A DNA stretch of 64,000 bases from Flaccisagitta enflata (lineage: Eukaryota). The notes under the pieces are model-generated. The model did not search any database. It was not told the origin of the DNA and saw nothing but the letters and a program-made list of their open reading frames with translations. The translations under genes were made by a program, and so were the position numbers. The first letter of the stretch is position 1. Each line of letters begins with the position of its first letter. Of the stretch, positions 63,571 to 64,000 are shown one piece after another. Location: assembly GCA_965153355.1 (NCBI GenBank), contig OZ231126.1:9734001-9798000 (forward strand), written 5' to 3'.

Positions 63571-64000
63571 CTCAAGGTTTAATTCAAATGCCATAGCCCC
63601 ACTTACATTATTATACCTTCTTTTGTGACTATTTGATATATTCTTTCCATTCTACAACTCGGTATAAGTTAAACAATATCCCACACTATACCCAAACTGA
63701 AATAAACGGCAGAGGGCCTTGTGAGCCCTCACTGACTATTTAATAACTTATAACGCGCACCATTCCTAGTTTCCCTAGATAATGAAGAAAAATTTGAATC
63801 AATACATCTTGTGTTTTAGATTGCGATACAAGGACAGACAAGCAAACAGAAAGACAGGTAAACAGACAGAAAGAGAGGCTCACAACCAGATAAACTGAAG
63901 AGACTTGAGAAACATGGATTATTACATTTTGATTCGAAAATCTTTGAAAATCCTTCCATTTCCCTGCTCTCCTCCAGCTGTATCATCTTCTTCATCATCT

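Overview
Eukaryotic, repeat-rich animal DNA with GT-AG introns (probably an invertebrate; the species cannot be determined). The first 37 kb holds six minus-strand genes head to tail, in transcription order: MMS19 (37054-28516); a very long POT1-like gene whose 7-exon model stays in frame (25227-17159, about 1526 aa) and has an extra N-terminal RPA-like OB fold; three tandem MATH-BTB (SPOP-like) paralogues (one intronless, one with a MITE-filled intron, one frameshifted); and SMC6, whose 3' end runs off the window start. POT1 through SMC6 are only 220-370 bp apart, and each MATH-BTB start codon is preceded by an apparently unpaired splice acceptor, suggesting an operon or trans-splicing. From 37.8 to 64 kb I see no host genes, only deeply nested transposons and satellites. 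At the core is a young 4.06-kb LTR element (286-bp LTRs, CAAAT target duplication, polypurine tract) with no recognisable pol, one large unknown ORF and no tRNA primer-binding site. Instead, the 11 nt after the 5' LTR are perfectly complementary to a site inside the LTR, as in Tf1-type self-priming. All protein calls come from motif recognition by eye; no database searches were run.
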